Assembly: GCF_022539665.2 (NCBI RefSeq)
Contig: NC_081333.1
Coordinates: 5,394,001-5,458,000 of the forward strand
DNA length: 64,000 nt
Origin: Daphnia carinata
Lineage: Eukaryota
Reading direction: 5' to 3'
Shown: positions 1 through 13,456 of the stretch, piece after piece
Layout: every line of letters starts with the position of its first letter
Position numbering within the stretch: position 1 is the first letter of the stretch
The notes under the pieces: model-generated
Databases searched by the model: none
What the model was told of the DNA's origin: nothing
The model's input: the letters and a program-made list of their open reading frames with translations, nothing else
Position numbers and translations under genes: made by a program

Positions 1-452
1 TAGTAAATAAATACTTGATACTTAACAAGCCCCTCCTATTTTCATTTTTTTCAAGCTACTTTGCCTATTCCACACCCCCCGTCAATCATTGACAAATTTC
101 GATTAAATTAAATTCCGTTTATGATATTTTTAATACATACATAAATCGCTTAATGAAATCCGAACGTCACACTATTTTTTCGAAACGTGTATCTTCAATG
201 CAGCAAATTTTAAAGACCATGTCTAATGTGGTACAGCGGATGTCCGGTTTTTCGCCCTTAATTTTTTTTTCGTTTAATTTTTATATTTTCCAAAAAGGTG
301 TTTATGACTAAACTACTCAACCAATTTGAATGAAAAAATTGTGAACGTGTTTTTAAGTACACTTTACACTATGATTTCAAGCACTAAATTTCATTTATTT
401 TCCACAATCCAGAATTCCAGACCAAGGTACTTCAAGCTCTATCTGTACAGGA

Positions 453-680
453 TGTGTGTACGGAAAAATGCACCGCTTTCCATTCCATATCGGACGAGTA
501 AGAGCAAAACAAGTGGGAGAGCTTATTTATTCTGATATATGTGGTCCAATGCACGAGGCATCACCCAGTGGTGCTCGATACTACGTCCTCTTTAAAGACG
601 ACTGCAGTGGCTGGCGAGTAGTATTTTTTCTTAAAAACAAGTCTGAAGTTGCTGACCAGTTACTTCAGTATACGAAATAA
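453..680 (+). mobile_element. Ty1/Copia integrase fragment (end of Zn-binding domain and start of catalytic core)
   Basis: CVYGKMHRFPF...LIYSDICGPM...SGARYYVLFKDDCSG...FFLKNKSEV is a typical Copia integrase motif. It is isolated, with no LTR seen. Confidence 0.85.
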
Positions 681-731
681 AGTCCAAAAATTTTTTTTTG
701 TCCAGTTTGGGTCCGTTCTCCCCTAAGAGGG

Positions 732-1153
732 TTGACCATGTCCTTTTTGAACAGGTTTTCGAAACACTCTGTGGTAATAATATCGACAATAAAATAATTT
801 AAAAAAACGGCGGACAAATTAGAAAATTTTTTAAGAAATTAAAAAGGAAATGAGGAATGACTTGGTTTTAAAACAGTGTACGGCACCGAAATACCAAGAC
901 TAGCTTGCATTGGAACGCTCCCATGTTATAAATAAAACTGTTCATGCTTAATATGAATACGATACTTACCTCTGGTAATAAGGCACATATAGCGAACTTG
1001 GTCATTGATGAGAGCTATTCCAACGTTCGTCGTCAGGACTACAACAAAAAACAAATGGCAATTTTATCAATGAGGAAAAATAACATACAACTTTAGATAT
1101 ACTTCACAACAGGATTTCTACAGGGTGGCAAAATAAGTGAACAACAATCAAAT
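732..1153 (-). pseudogene. NOSIP: Internally deleted duplicate of the NOSIP locus (exons plus introns)
   Basis: ~732-1033 aligns by eye to ~13685-13992 and ~1036-1153 aligns to ~14457-14574. About 465 bp between those blocks is missing. Confidence 0.85.
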
Positions 1154-4100
1154 CCCCCTAGAAAATACTATTAGTACTTGTTTTGGTGTCATAAGAAATG
1201 TCAGCTTCAACTATCCTAGGTTTATATACCAGTTGCTTCAGTATTAATTTCAATGTGAAAAAGGCGAGTTTCACGAAAATCACCGTCTGGTTAGCATCCA
1301 CGATTTCCCCTTAATCACTGTAACTTTTCAATGATTAACTCAAACATGTGAGCCACAGTAAGTTGTTCTAGTGACTCTTAGGCTTCTTGAATTATGAAAA
1401 TATTTAAATTGAATTCAAAGAGGCAAATAGCCTCTTAATAATCAAAGGTTGAAGTAAAAGCAGAAAAATAAAATCCAAATCAGATGATTAAAATGACATG
1501 TGCCTACGTTCTTTTGTCGGTCAAGACATGTTAATTGTGGAACTCCATCGGGAGATTTTTTACGCCTATTTCATCAAATTTATCTTTGGACACAATGTCA
1601 GGTTTTCTTTTAAAGAGTCTTGAGGCTGTTTCTTTCCCTGTTCGTTTTTGAAGGGCTCATTATTTCATGTTTTCAAGAGGTCTAAGTCGTATTATTCCCA
1701 GCCAAGTTTATCGTTTTAGGAAAAGAAAAAAGAAATTTAGACTCTCGATTTCCCGCTGAAACTAGAATCGTGTTTAAAAACGCTACCTAGCAGTCTAATA
1801 TTTTAAAAAAATAAATAAAAAAATATGCGCCACCTAACGAGGTAGGTCACTTGTGGAATGCCTCGCCATGGACGACGAGAAGGGATAGAAAATAACAAAG
1901 ATGCATGTCTCTTACATTCCACCTTGCCACTGTTAGGAAACAACACGAGGAAAAGATGGGAATCCCGTTCTCCTTTTTTGTCTTCATGTTTGTGATTTAT
2001 GACTTGAAATGGATGCATGTTTTCGCCTTGATCCATTGTGCTAGCCCGTTGGCCGAATCCCGGTGGAACACCGCCTTGTTGCGTCGTTCCATCCTTGTCC
2101 TCCCCCACTCTCTCCCTTTCTCCGAAGGAGACATTACTGGCCTTTCTGATGCAACTGTGTTCGTTTTTCAAGCAAGTCGGACCAGCGCAAAGTCGTACGG
2201 GGATGTCATGGTTAAAAGACCACTATACGAGATGACAGGTGACGATAAAGAATTTGCGTTGTTTACCCCATTGGGCACCTTCTTCTACCTTTTGTGTCAT
2301 ACTTCAGAATACGAAGAAGGATCACACCAACGATTGGTTCCATCGGAGAAAAAATAGGGAAGGGGGTTAAAAAGGACGGAATGAGGATGAAAGGCCATGA
2401 GTATAAAATATACAGATAGAGAAAAGGAATTTTTGACTTGCAACTACATTGAAAGTAGACCACAGCCATTACAATAAACATTTGGACAACTTTCTGATAA
2501 AAAAAATTGTAAAATAGTTGTGCTGATTTAAATCGGGCCAACACAGGGTGTCGGTCATTTCCCCACCAGCAGAAGCCATCTGCCTCGATCAAGTATCTTT
2601 TTTCACTTTTCCATATAGAGCACATATACCATTGCAGCTATTTTTTTTTCTTTATCTTCTTTTTACCCTGTTGTTTTGTTTAATAAGGCCATGTAGCCAT
2701 CTCGTCGCGTTTTCCTTTTTTTCCATGGACGGGAGTAGTACAACAGCAAGCAGTTCCGTGGGTTTTCTTTTGTTGTCAGTGAGACGTTTTTCCTTAATTG
2801 TAAACTAATGAGACGAAATGGAAGGAAAAGTAATAGTGTCACGTGTAGAAATTGGAACTTATCCCAAACGCAGTTGGATAGACGTTGGCCTACGTTGGAC
2901 TGTCAAGCGGGTCTTGTTGTTGTGGTCTCTCTCTCTCTGTGATGTCTTTGCACACAACAACACTTGTTCGATTCTCCATACATTGTTTGCTGTTAAAGGC
3001 TACGACGGCAGAAATGTCCCGTCTAGACGTTCTCAGTTGGTTGCTTGATTTCAATCTCTTATGTGTGTGTGTGTAACAGTTTAAAGAGGAACACACAGGG
3101 AAGAAACAGGAAAAAAGAAAGAAATCGACGCAGACTAAGTAGCCTAGTTTGATGTCGGCGGCGGCGTTTATTTATTTTTTCTCTCTTCTTTCTATTCGTT
3201 CCCCTACTAGAGCTATTAGTCTTCATCATGTCTGCCAGTCATTCGACGAGACTTGGGTTGATACATCGGTCGTCTGCAATTGACCGTGCCGTGCTGTTGC
3301 TGTCGTCGGGCGAAGGAGGACACGAAGGTTTAATAAAAAACTTTATAGTTGTCGTGAGCATCGGCTATGAAATATAGCCGCCTGTCCGCCTTTTTCATTT
3401 TCATAGTCCAAGACACTCCGGCACACACGGAGAGGGGTGCTTACCCGGTTTCTGAGAAGTTTCGAGGAAAAATCCATCTTCATCCATCCATCATTCTCGA
3501 TGATGGATTTTTCTACCAAAAAAAAAACACGACAAACATTTGAAAAAAAAAAAAAAAAAAGAAACGAACTCGCCACGAACACTCCACCCACCACGAGTAG
3601 CTCGTCAGTCCAGCGACTTGTTTCAGCTGAATTAAGTTTGCCATTTTTACGGCCGTTTCAACTCAGTGTGCCGTCCGTTTTTTTTTTACTTTTTTGTTTT
3701 GTTGTACTTTTTTTCGTCGGTGATTGCAAACAAAGCCGACACTTTTTTTAGGGGAATTGAACAATTGGGAAAGAGTTATTTTTTGTTTTCCAATTCTTTC
3801 TCACGCATCTTTCATTATTGAAATAAGAGGGGATTTCCCCCTGCAAGTAAATCTCGACCGAAAATACGAAAAGCGAAATAGAAAACTACCATTTTTCTCA
3901 GTTCTTGTTCAAATCGAATTCCTCAATCTTTATATCTGAAAATTATCTGCCTCATCGTTTTGGATAGAAGTTATCGTCCTCACCGACGGCCTTCACCATT
4001 ATGCAAATTGTAATTGAGGAGAGATAGAGAGAGAAGTGGCGGAGGGCCAAACGCCATTGCCTTGGATCAATTGATGACGGCCTTTCTCTATCCGGATATT

Positions 4101-7100
4101 TTTTTTTCTTTGTGATTTTTCAATGTGATGTAATAAAACAAACGCCAGTCAAAACATTCAAGAATCCTGCAGATGGTGTGTAACCATTAGTGAGGAATGA
4201 GCTCCAAACGAGAAGCCACGTAGTATAATGCCGAAACATTTTCACTAGACGTAATTGGCTAGATAAAATCAATATGTTTTGCGAAACAACACAAGACAGA
4301 AAGAAATTATACAAAAGAGAGCAGGCACGCAAAAGCGCCGTATGCAAATCTCTGCTAGGAGCCCAATTTACTTTGCGATTGTTTCGTGTCGGTAATGTTC
4401 TACCCAAAGTGGAAATGGGAAAAAAAATAAATCAAGAGAAAGAGAGAAAATTGTAATTTGTTCACGCGTCGCGGTCTCCTTCGTGAGTTGGCATTCGAAC
4501 CATGTTACCGGCCTGCTCTATTGTCTCATTACGAATCGTTTCAGTTGCTGCCAAGTGTACGCAATCAACGTCAAAAAATGAAGGTTGAGTGGGAGAAAAA
4601 GAGGCAGAATAATAGCGGGGCCGTAATTTTTTATCATACCTTTGTTTTGTGACACCTTTCGAATTGATATAGCCTATCCTCATTTCCATCTTTCTATTTC
4701 TTTTTTACAGGACATGTTTCGCTGCAATCTGAGACGAGAGCATTGGTAAGTGTACGGCTATTCATTATTTTAAAGAGGGAAAATCAAAAGTACTTCATTT
4801 TTTGTGTATCACCAACAGGTTCACTCCCGACAATTTGGTGGAACTTGTACCTAACGTTGGTTGTATCGTCGACCTCACTGCCACTAGTCGGTATTACAAT
4901 CCACAGGTATAAATCTTTTTTTCTTCGCTGCTGCCAAAGACACAAAGTTATTCAACTCATCCAAGCTGCTCTTTTTTTTTTTTACTTTTTGCTTTCCTTA
5001 TTATTTTTTTCCACCGTATTTACTTGAGTTCTCGTGTTTATGGTTTAGGTTTTCATCGAACGCGGATCCACCACGCGAAGATCTTTTGCGAGGCGCGTCA
5101 TCCCGAAAGCAACGACAGTGAGAAGGTAAGTCCACACACAAAGTATAATATCATTGTCTAAGGTTGCGTATGTACGTATATCGTGAGCGTGTCCAAATGT
5201 TGGAAGATTTTTTTTCCCGTTAGCGGTTGAAGGACTTCTACAATCTCGTGAAAGGCCCTTTTAAAGGAAAAACTATTTTTAATCCGTGGTAAAGAATTTG
5301 TAATAGCTTGGCAAGGCTGTTGCATAATATTTAGAAAATGGCGGACATTCTTAAGTTGAAACGAAAACAATACTGGAAAGAAAAAAAAAGGGTAAAAAAC
5401 AAGTTGCCAAGGTAAAAGCCATCATCGAAGTCCGGCTGGTTTGAACGTCGTGGTGGCACCAGTCAGCACACATGGAAGGCCTGAGCCTCTATCACAATAT
5501 ATTACGGCTCGCAACTGAGGCGGGATGTTGCTGTATGCAACATATGCATACGCATACATGCAACAGCAGCACGTTTAATCATTTTCCCAAGTTTTTTTTC
5601 TTAAGTGTCTATTTTTTTTAAATGTTGAAGGTCCACACCGCGTAGTAATTGCCCGCCCCAGCGATTCGACTTCTCGTTCTTCCCAGTCTGTTCTCTGTGA
5701 ACTGATATGTTGTTTCTTGGTATACACAATCTTGCCGTGTGGGAAGGCCTTGCAGTCTTCGAAAATAGAGAAGAAGAATATAACGGAAAATGATGGAATG
5801 TGGATTACAGGTTGTCAAAGTGTGAGAATGGCTTGTAATGCGACGCGTGATCCGACTAATCTTGTAGTAGGTGATAGTAGCCTCCCATCTTCTCTTCCTG
5901 CCTTTCGTTTTTTTTTCCTTTCCCGTTGGTGAAAGTGTGTACTGGAATGAAGAAGACGAAGGGTGGCTAAAATGAACCCCGAGACGCGCAGCGATAGGCT
6001 GGGTTGTTTGAGAGGCAGAAAATGTTATGGGAAGTGGGTTGTTGTAGATAAGCATCTCCTGCTTTTTTCTCGTATTTTTCGGGGCCATGTTTGGTCACAC
6101 AACAAGAGAGCCCAATGACGCGCGGGATGATCACCTTCTCTTCTTCTTTCTGACTCTATACGATATACTGTATTGCATAGCTCCTTCTTGCTAAGCCGGT
6201 TATCGCGTTATAAACTGCGGCCCGGTTGGAAATCAACATTAAAACCGATCCGGCGTGTTTTTCTTTTATTATTGTTCGCACGCCTCTTCGAACCATCTCC
6301 CCGTTCTCTTCGCTATAAACTCCCCGCTCTTTTTTTTCTCGTTTGCAACCAGAGAGAAAGAGAGAGATCAGGCGTGATGACCTACACGAATTTTTGGCAT
6401 TTCCCTTGTTGTATAAACAACATAGTTTGGCCACCATCTATCACCCCACTGGCCGGCTCGCGCTGTTCCTCAACAAACACGGAACAGGATGCATGGTTTC
6501 GTTTTATTTTGATTTCCACCCCCTACAGTGCCGCAATTTACGACCCCTGTTCTTTTTTATATATGAAAAATGCCGATTGCGCTTATCGTTTTTTTTACAT
6601 TCCTTGGTGATGTATCGAGCGACTCTCGTTCTTTATTAACGATATCCCATTTTATTTCTTGCTTTTTGTTAAATAAGGAAATGTATGCAGCCGAGATGCA
6701 CTATCTTCTTGTTGGATGTTGCCCGTCTTCTCCGGTAAGTCAATCGTTCTTTAAATCCATCGCATTTTTTTTTCTTGTTGTACACGCAAGTCTAGGTAAT
6801 GAATGTTTGCTCGAAAATTGTTTATGATTAGCAAACGTCTAGCATACCTGCCTTCCCAAAAATAATGATTGCCCATCTTGATTGCTTGCAACAGGAGAAC
6901 CCCAACCCCCACAAAAAAAAAAATAATCATTGGACAGCCTTTTTTGGGGAGCTTGAAAATGAATGGTGAGAACCGGCGTAGTGGACAAACCCCGCTTTTT
7001 TCCAGTTCTTCTTTCTGTTTGGTCAACTTTCCGGGCATTGCGTTTTCTTTTTCTTTTTTTCAAACGAGCACTAAGCAAGAAAATGTTTTGTTTCTCCACT

Positions 7101-10100
7101 TGTGATGACCAAACACCGTTCTCGCTTCCTATCTCTTGTTACCTTCCATCTTGTTCGAATTCCTTGTTGTTGTTGCTGCGCGTTCTTTGCTTATCTGTAA
7201 ACGCCAAAACAGATTTGTTGCGTCCCTTGTACATACCCTTACCCCAAGACTTGGTTACTGCCCTGGCAGCCCTGCCGTCTCTTATTTGTCCAGCCTTTTC
7301 AAAGTCGATCAGCACTCAACAAGTTGACGTATTCAGTACCGGCTCTTCTTATCCTTCTTCCGTCTTTCGACGTTTTACTGCCCCGCTATTGTTTCAATTT
7401 TCTTTGAAAAAGGTTAAAGAGCATTTTTTATTTTTCGGATTGATCCATTACTAACCGGAGAAGACACTTTCTATTCGCACATTTCTTTTATTACTCGAAA
7501 AAAAATCTCTTTTTCCGAGTAGGTCTTTATTATTTTTTTTTAAAGAAAAGAAAAATAGAATAGACATTATTTTTTGAATGTTTGATTGTCTTGAATCTCC
7601 TCCTTTTCTTATTGGGTGGATTTGATGATGGAAAAAGGTTGAGGTTCAAGGGTTAAGTGTCTTACCAGTGGATTTAATGACTCCGCCCTGCTAAACCGCC
7701 CGGAAAAGGTTCTTTAATCAGCTCCGAATTTCTTTCGCTCTCCTTTACCCATAGCAGCAAAGTGCAAATTGATGAATGACATTTTTTTTGGAAAAAAAAA
7801 TCGGTTCACAACTTGTTCCTTTTTATAAACAACGAAACTCCTCCTCACATTCGAATTTGTGAGGTTAAAGAAAAATGGACTGTATTTACTAGCTATTCTT
7901 TTTCTATTTTTATTCTCGAAATTTTTCTCTCCTTTGGTTTTTTTTTCCATGGAGAAAAAAAAATGTTTCGTTTGTTCTTTAGCTGCTCCTGCTGCTTTTG
8001 GTGGTCCGTTGGTATTCTTCGGTTGTTGGTATATATTCTTATATTTACCCTTGTCTTGTGCGTTGGACACGTAAGAGCGAAAGGGAGCCGGTCGGTGAGA
8101 AAGAACAAAAAGGCAAAAAAAAAAAACAAAAAATGTCGTTGATTTTATTTTCTGTGTGTATGCATACGCGCTGAGTCTCTCTCTTGCCTTTTCTTCGCCA
8201 GTGCGCGTAAAGAAATTTGTTCTTAATGATGGACCCCCTACTTGGTTTGTTTGAACTGAACGCCTTCAACTGTGCGCGCTGGATGAGTACCCAGTAGGTA
8301 GGAACTTAAAAAAAAAAAAGAAGGGAACCCCACATAGACACAAAAACGCACACAATCGAAAGAACAACACGTTCAACAAAAAAAGAAAAGAAAGAGAATA
8401 TAAAACAAACTGGGTATTTGCTCAAGTCTTTTGTCTTCCTTGTCTCTTCCTTCCTTCCTTTTTTTTTGTTCCACAAAAAGAGAAAAATTCCCTCCCTTTC
8501 TTGTCTTTCCGTATTTTACTGCTTCTCGTTTGTTGGATGTCGTAGTGGTGGCTTGTCGGACAAATTGGGCAGTAAGAAAATTCCGGTGGAATCGGAACGT
8601 GGAAGAGAGATAACCCCTTACTGTCGCATGCATTATATTTGGTTAAGTTAAGGGTCATTCATATTGAGGTGCTTTCGTTATGTGAGGTGGTACCTTTTTT
8701 TGAATATTATTTTTCATTTTATCGCTTTTGTTTTTTTCGAAACGATGGCCTCGCCCCCGCAAAAGGTTCAGATCATCCATCTTTAGGTCCATCTTGTTTT
8801 GTGTTTTTTTTTTTTTTTTTAATGGAACAGCTTGCCGTGCATTTTTGCGGAAATTTCACCCCAGCATTTCCCTCACTGTGTGGGATGTCTGCGTCGAAAA
8901 GTTATCGGAGTCACGTTTTTAGCGCGAAGAAGAATCATATAAATGTAAAGAGGATTTTGTGATTTCTTGTTTTTTAGTGTGTCGAAGGGGCAGAGTCGGT
9001 AAGAGAAGTCCGATGCTGAGGGTGCCATAGTGTGTATATATAACACCTGCCCAGGTGCCTATGCGAGAAGCAAGATGAACAACCATGATTAAATTAAATT
9101 GAAAAAATAAAAGAGGAGGATGGAAGGTATTCGGATTTTTTTTTACCTCTCGTGGGTACACGAAAAAGAAACGAAAAACGTAAGACGGGGAATCTGAAAA
9201 TGCCAGGCCCACACCAGGTCGATTTTTTTATTCGTTTCTTGACTTGGTCTGCTATTGGCCTGGAGCCGCCCTTTTTCATATATTGATTCTACACTAGCAG
9301 GCTCATGCCTGAATTAGATTTGTATGGACGCTACATAGGTACATACATAGGTAGTACGCATCACGTACCTCACATACAACTACTCCTACTACTACTACAA
9401 CCACAGCGACGTGTGTGAATAGAAAAAAAAAAGGGAGATGGCAATGAGAAAATAGAAAAACCCATATGTGATGAGCTCAGGAAGGAATGTTTTCGATTTT
9501 TTCCTGGCCAGCACCCGGGCTGATGTTGGGTCACCGCCGAAAAAATTGTGATGGCCTATTAAATAAATATTTCCGCTAGGTATTTATATACAGCATATGC
9601 TTGAGGGCGGCAGTTTTTTTTGTTCATCTTCTTTTCTTTTTAAAAAGAATTCACCTATAGGAATTCGATTGGTCAATTCAGAATGCCCGTTGTCCAACAT
9701 CTTGCGATGTTGGGCTGGGCCTGGCGAAGGCCTTGTGTGTATGCGCAACTGGAAACTTTTATGTCATGGTCGACACTTTTATTACGTGATTGGCTTTCTT
9801 CTCTTGCTCGCCCCTTTCCCATACGAAATTTCTTGACTCCTCTCTTTTTCTATTTTGCCCCTATGTAGTAAAAAAAACGCGTGTGAAAGAAGGGAAAAAT
9901 TATGTATTTGTGTTTTTGAAAGATGATCGAATGTCCTTTTCTTTATTCCCTTTTTGGGGTCCGCCCTTTTCTTCTTCGCAGTTTCTTTCATGTGGTGGAC
10001 GTGCTTCTTCACAGCATCAATTCCTGAGGTGATTGTGTCATTCTTCATTTGGGTTTTTCTTTTTTACGGCTGCCGTCCGTAAACAAGTAGAAAACGAGAA

Positions 10101-11067
10101 GAGACGGGGAAAAACCATTCGAAACAGGGTGGTGTCCAACTAAGAAGAGCAAAGTTTTGATGGGGCACTGCACACACGGGCTCAATAGGACTGGTTATCT
10201 GGTGTGGAGGTAAGCTCTGGCTCGTTGCCCATTGGCCGTTTCATATTTCTATTACACGAAACAAAATGTAACACGTGTCAACATCGACTAAAAGGTATGT
10301 GGTAGAGCAACGAGGATTTCAGCCGTCCGACGCCATTGCTGGTTAATTTAATTTATATCTAGTTATTATCACGCTTTTAAACGTTGATGTTTTTCTTTTC
10401 ATTGTTGTATCTTCGTTGACCTCTTGTTTGCGAATGAGACAGCTTTCAACGAGGCTCGCGGTCATTGCATTTAACGCGAAAACTACCTTGAAGACCTCCA
10501 TAGAAGGAATGCGTGCACCGATCCGGCCCAGATTCGGTCCAGCTCTATCAAAACAAGTACGGCGACAAGCTCTTTTTATTTTGTTGTTGTTGTTTAATTA
10601 TTCAATTTATTCACTTGTGTCCATTTTTTTTTCTCCAAATCCATGATGAATTAGCAAAAAATTTTATGTTTTATTTTTTATTACTTGCAGCAGTGCGGAT
10701 TATCCCGATCACGACCAAGCTTGCGCCAATTACGGCAGCCGATCAGACTTGCCGTGATCGCGATCGAAAATTGGTCGATTTTTCCGCCATCTAGCGACAA
10801 AGTCTCTTTCCGATTTATTGTCCTTTGCAAACCAAATCGCGGTGTAAACCATAAATCCGCGGTGCAAATCGTGACCGATCGTCGCGGGGCCGAGCCCTAG
10901 CCCCGAGACATTCGAATTCCCTTCATCAGCTTCCAAGTTGCTGTTCAGTATGACGATTCAGCCCTGCAACAAGTGATTCAAATGTGGTATGATACATAAA
11001 CAAAGTGTGATTGAAACTTTTTGTGTTATTACTTTTTAATAGCTGAGTATTCTATACGTTCGTCGCC

Positions 11068-12985
11068 ATGGAAGAAGATTGGAATATCGACAAGCACAGG
11101 TAGCCTTTCATTTCAGAATTGGTACATAAAAACCTTAACATATGATTCCATAACATATATGTGCCAATAGAAACAAATTTGAACTTGATGAGCAATGGGA
11201 GCTGAAAAGAAAATTCATGGAAACACACAAGCATCGGTTTTCAAAAGAACGTGTGATATGTCTTGCCCAGGTTCTTGTCAACATGGAATTTTTGGGAGCA
11301 AAGTATTATATTTTTGACATTCCACTAAAACAGCAAAATTTTTTAGCGATCTTAATAATTCAAGATACCCCATTGAAATTACAAATACTGTTATGGAACT
11401 ATCAAAAAATATTGTAGAAGGCTTTAGAAAAAACCAAAAAGCAAGACTTCAAAGGACATTTGTAGAAGCCTCTGAGGCAGCTAGTTTGAAAGTTAAAGGT
11501 CAGTATGTTTTATATTGTTTATTCCTAGAGAAGCTGTGGTTTCTTAAGAAGGGACAATTTGCTTATTACAATTTTGTTATAGATTGTTTTGTTTATTAAA
11601 ATTTTTATTTTTCTAGAAACCCTCGCCAACCCAAAGCTTTTTTCAGAAAATGTTGAAAATGATGAATGTGTGATAACTGGGAATAGTTCACCAATTTACA
11701 CAGAACGAGAAGTGTTTGTTCAATCAGCTTCCAAGAAACTGGCATGGGACAAAGGCAAAAATAAAAATTTAATCATTAATTTGTGTTACCTTTTCTTACC
11801 TGTTTAACTCTATCTTACACAACAGATAAGGACACAGGACCCAGAATACCAAATTTTGTATTAATTATGACAAACATTCAAAGGCAAAATATCACAGAAC
11901 ATGCCAACAACAGAACTAACTCGGCACCAAGTTATCGGGAAATAATTGAAACGTCGGCTCGTTTATCCTCAGTTGAGCTTAAACTCAGCAATATTTTTTT
12001 TACGAATCAAGGAAAGTGGTAAATATTTACTTTTATTGGCACTTGCTAATTCCTGATTTTAATATGGTGAATGTTGTGTCGTATTAAAGGCAAACAGTGC
12101 TTCATCTAGGTGGCAGAGAGATCGTATCTTCGCTACACGAAAACAAAAAGATGTCAGAGAGAGGCGTCTGCGAACTGGCGTTTCCTATTTTGGAAAGAAA
12201 ACACTATCAGCTGGTCATTATCGATCAAATCTGCATTTCTATCGACCACTTCATAAAATTGGAGGAAGACATCAGGCAAGCCCGTGCTGAAAACTCAGTG
12301 AGAACTACCATAACGAAGGACGTCATGCAAAGAAAACATAACTGGACATCCGATTTATCCACTAATAGCGCCTTCGTGGTCTTGTCGAAAGAAGAAAGTA
12401 TTGTACCGCAACCACTTAACTCTGCCGTTGCCATGAAAATGATGAAGAAGATGGGGTGGGCTGAGGGAACCGGACTTGGGGCACGGAAACAAGGGATTTT
12501 GGAACCTATAAAGTAGTAACCGTTCTTTAAGCATAAAAACATATGTTTTAAAATAAATTTTTGGTTTTTTTTAGAGGTGATGTGATTGTCGATAGAAAAG
12601 GCGTTGGGTATCATGGCTCTGGAGGCAAAGATTCATTCGACAAGATAATTCGTCGTTATCTAAGCAATTATGTGAACAGTTCTTCTTTGCACACCATAAT
12701 TTTTTCCAGCGAGTTTTCTACTAACCAAAGAAAAACAATTCATTTGTAATTTTTTAAAAATTAAAGGTATCTACATTTTAACACATCTGTTCCTAATACC
12801 TCTTTAGAATTGCCCGTAAAATGGGATTGTATTCGTTAAGTACTGGAAAAGAACCTAATCGCCAACTGACCGTCCGCCGATCAGTTAGAAAACGGCCTCT
12901 CGTCGAACTACTCAATGAGTTGATAGATTCTCAAGGAGAAGATCCTCTTTTGGAAAAAATGAATACCATCCCTCCAACGGAATAG
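11068..12985 (+). CDS. NKRF: NF-kappaB-repressing factor-like protein (XTBD, dsRBM-like region, G-patch, R3H); ~8 exons, apparently intact
   Basis: Spliced reading gives MEEDWNIDKHR/NKFELDEQWELKRKFMETHKHRFSKERVICLAQVLVNMEFLGAK/YP (XRN2-binding XTBD), AMKMMKKMGWAEGTGLGARKQGILEPIK/GDVIVDRKGVGY (G-patch) and RKTIHL/IARKMGLYSLSTGKEPNRQLTV (R3H). Intron phases are compatible and the stop is TAG at 12983-12985. Confidence 0.88.
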
Positions 12986-13456
12986 GTGCGGCAACAACTC
13001 ATCGGTGTGGCTCTCGATGGAAGGATTTGTATTTTATTTTACAAGGATTTTGTGTAAATTTGCTTTTTCAAACTTGCAGTCGTTATGCCCCACAAGTGTG
13101 GCCATTTTCATTTGGCAAATTTTTTAAAGATTTGGTTGGTCTCACCGTAGCACAATACAGAATGGATAGTAGAAAGCATATGACATAATGGCCTATCACT
13201 CATATACGTTAAGCCATATTTGCCTGAAATGACTAGCACGCGTCGCAAAGTTACCAATTGTACCTTTCTTTCTAGCCCTAGCAAATACAAGCGATTTTTC
13301 AAAACCTATCAGTGCTAATATCCTCAGGGCCAGCAACATAATTTCTTTTGGTTAACAAAACGTGTTATAATGGGAAACACTTTTATTGATGACACAAAAG
13401 AAAGTTGTATGATTGATTGAAAAACCTGATTAGCTTGAAGAATTTTTTAGACAAAA

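Noticed and set aside
232..725. Tc1/mariner-like end (TA|CAGCGGATGTCC) around the Copia fragment
   Set aside because: No matching inverted terminus found.
5525..5572. Imperfect palindrome as a possible miRNA hairpin
   Set aside because: Low-complexity ATGC repeats; short, and no known mature miRNA recognised.
1803..10936. Many 60-160 aa ORFs in the ORF track
   Set aside because: They are F/K-rich products of poly-T/poly-A runs with no recognisable domains, often with non-ATG starts, in eukaryotic DNA.
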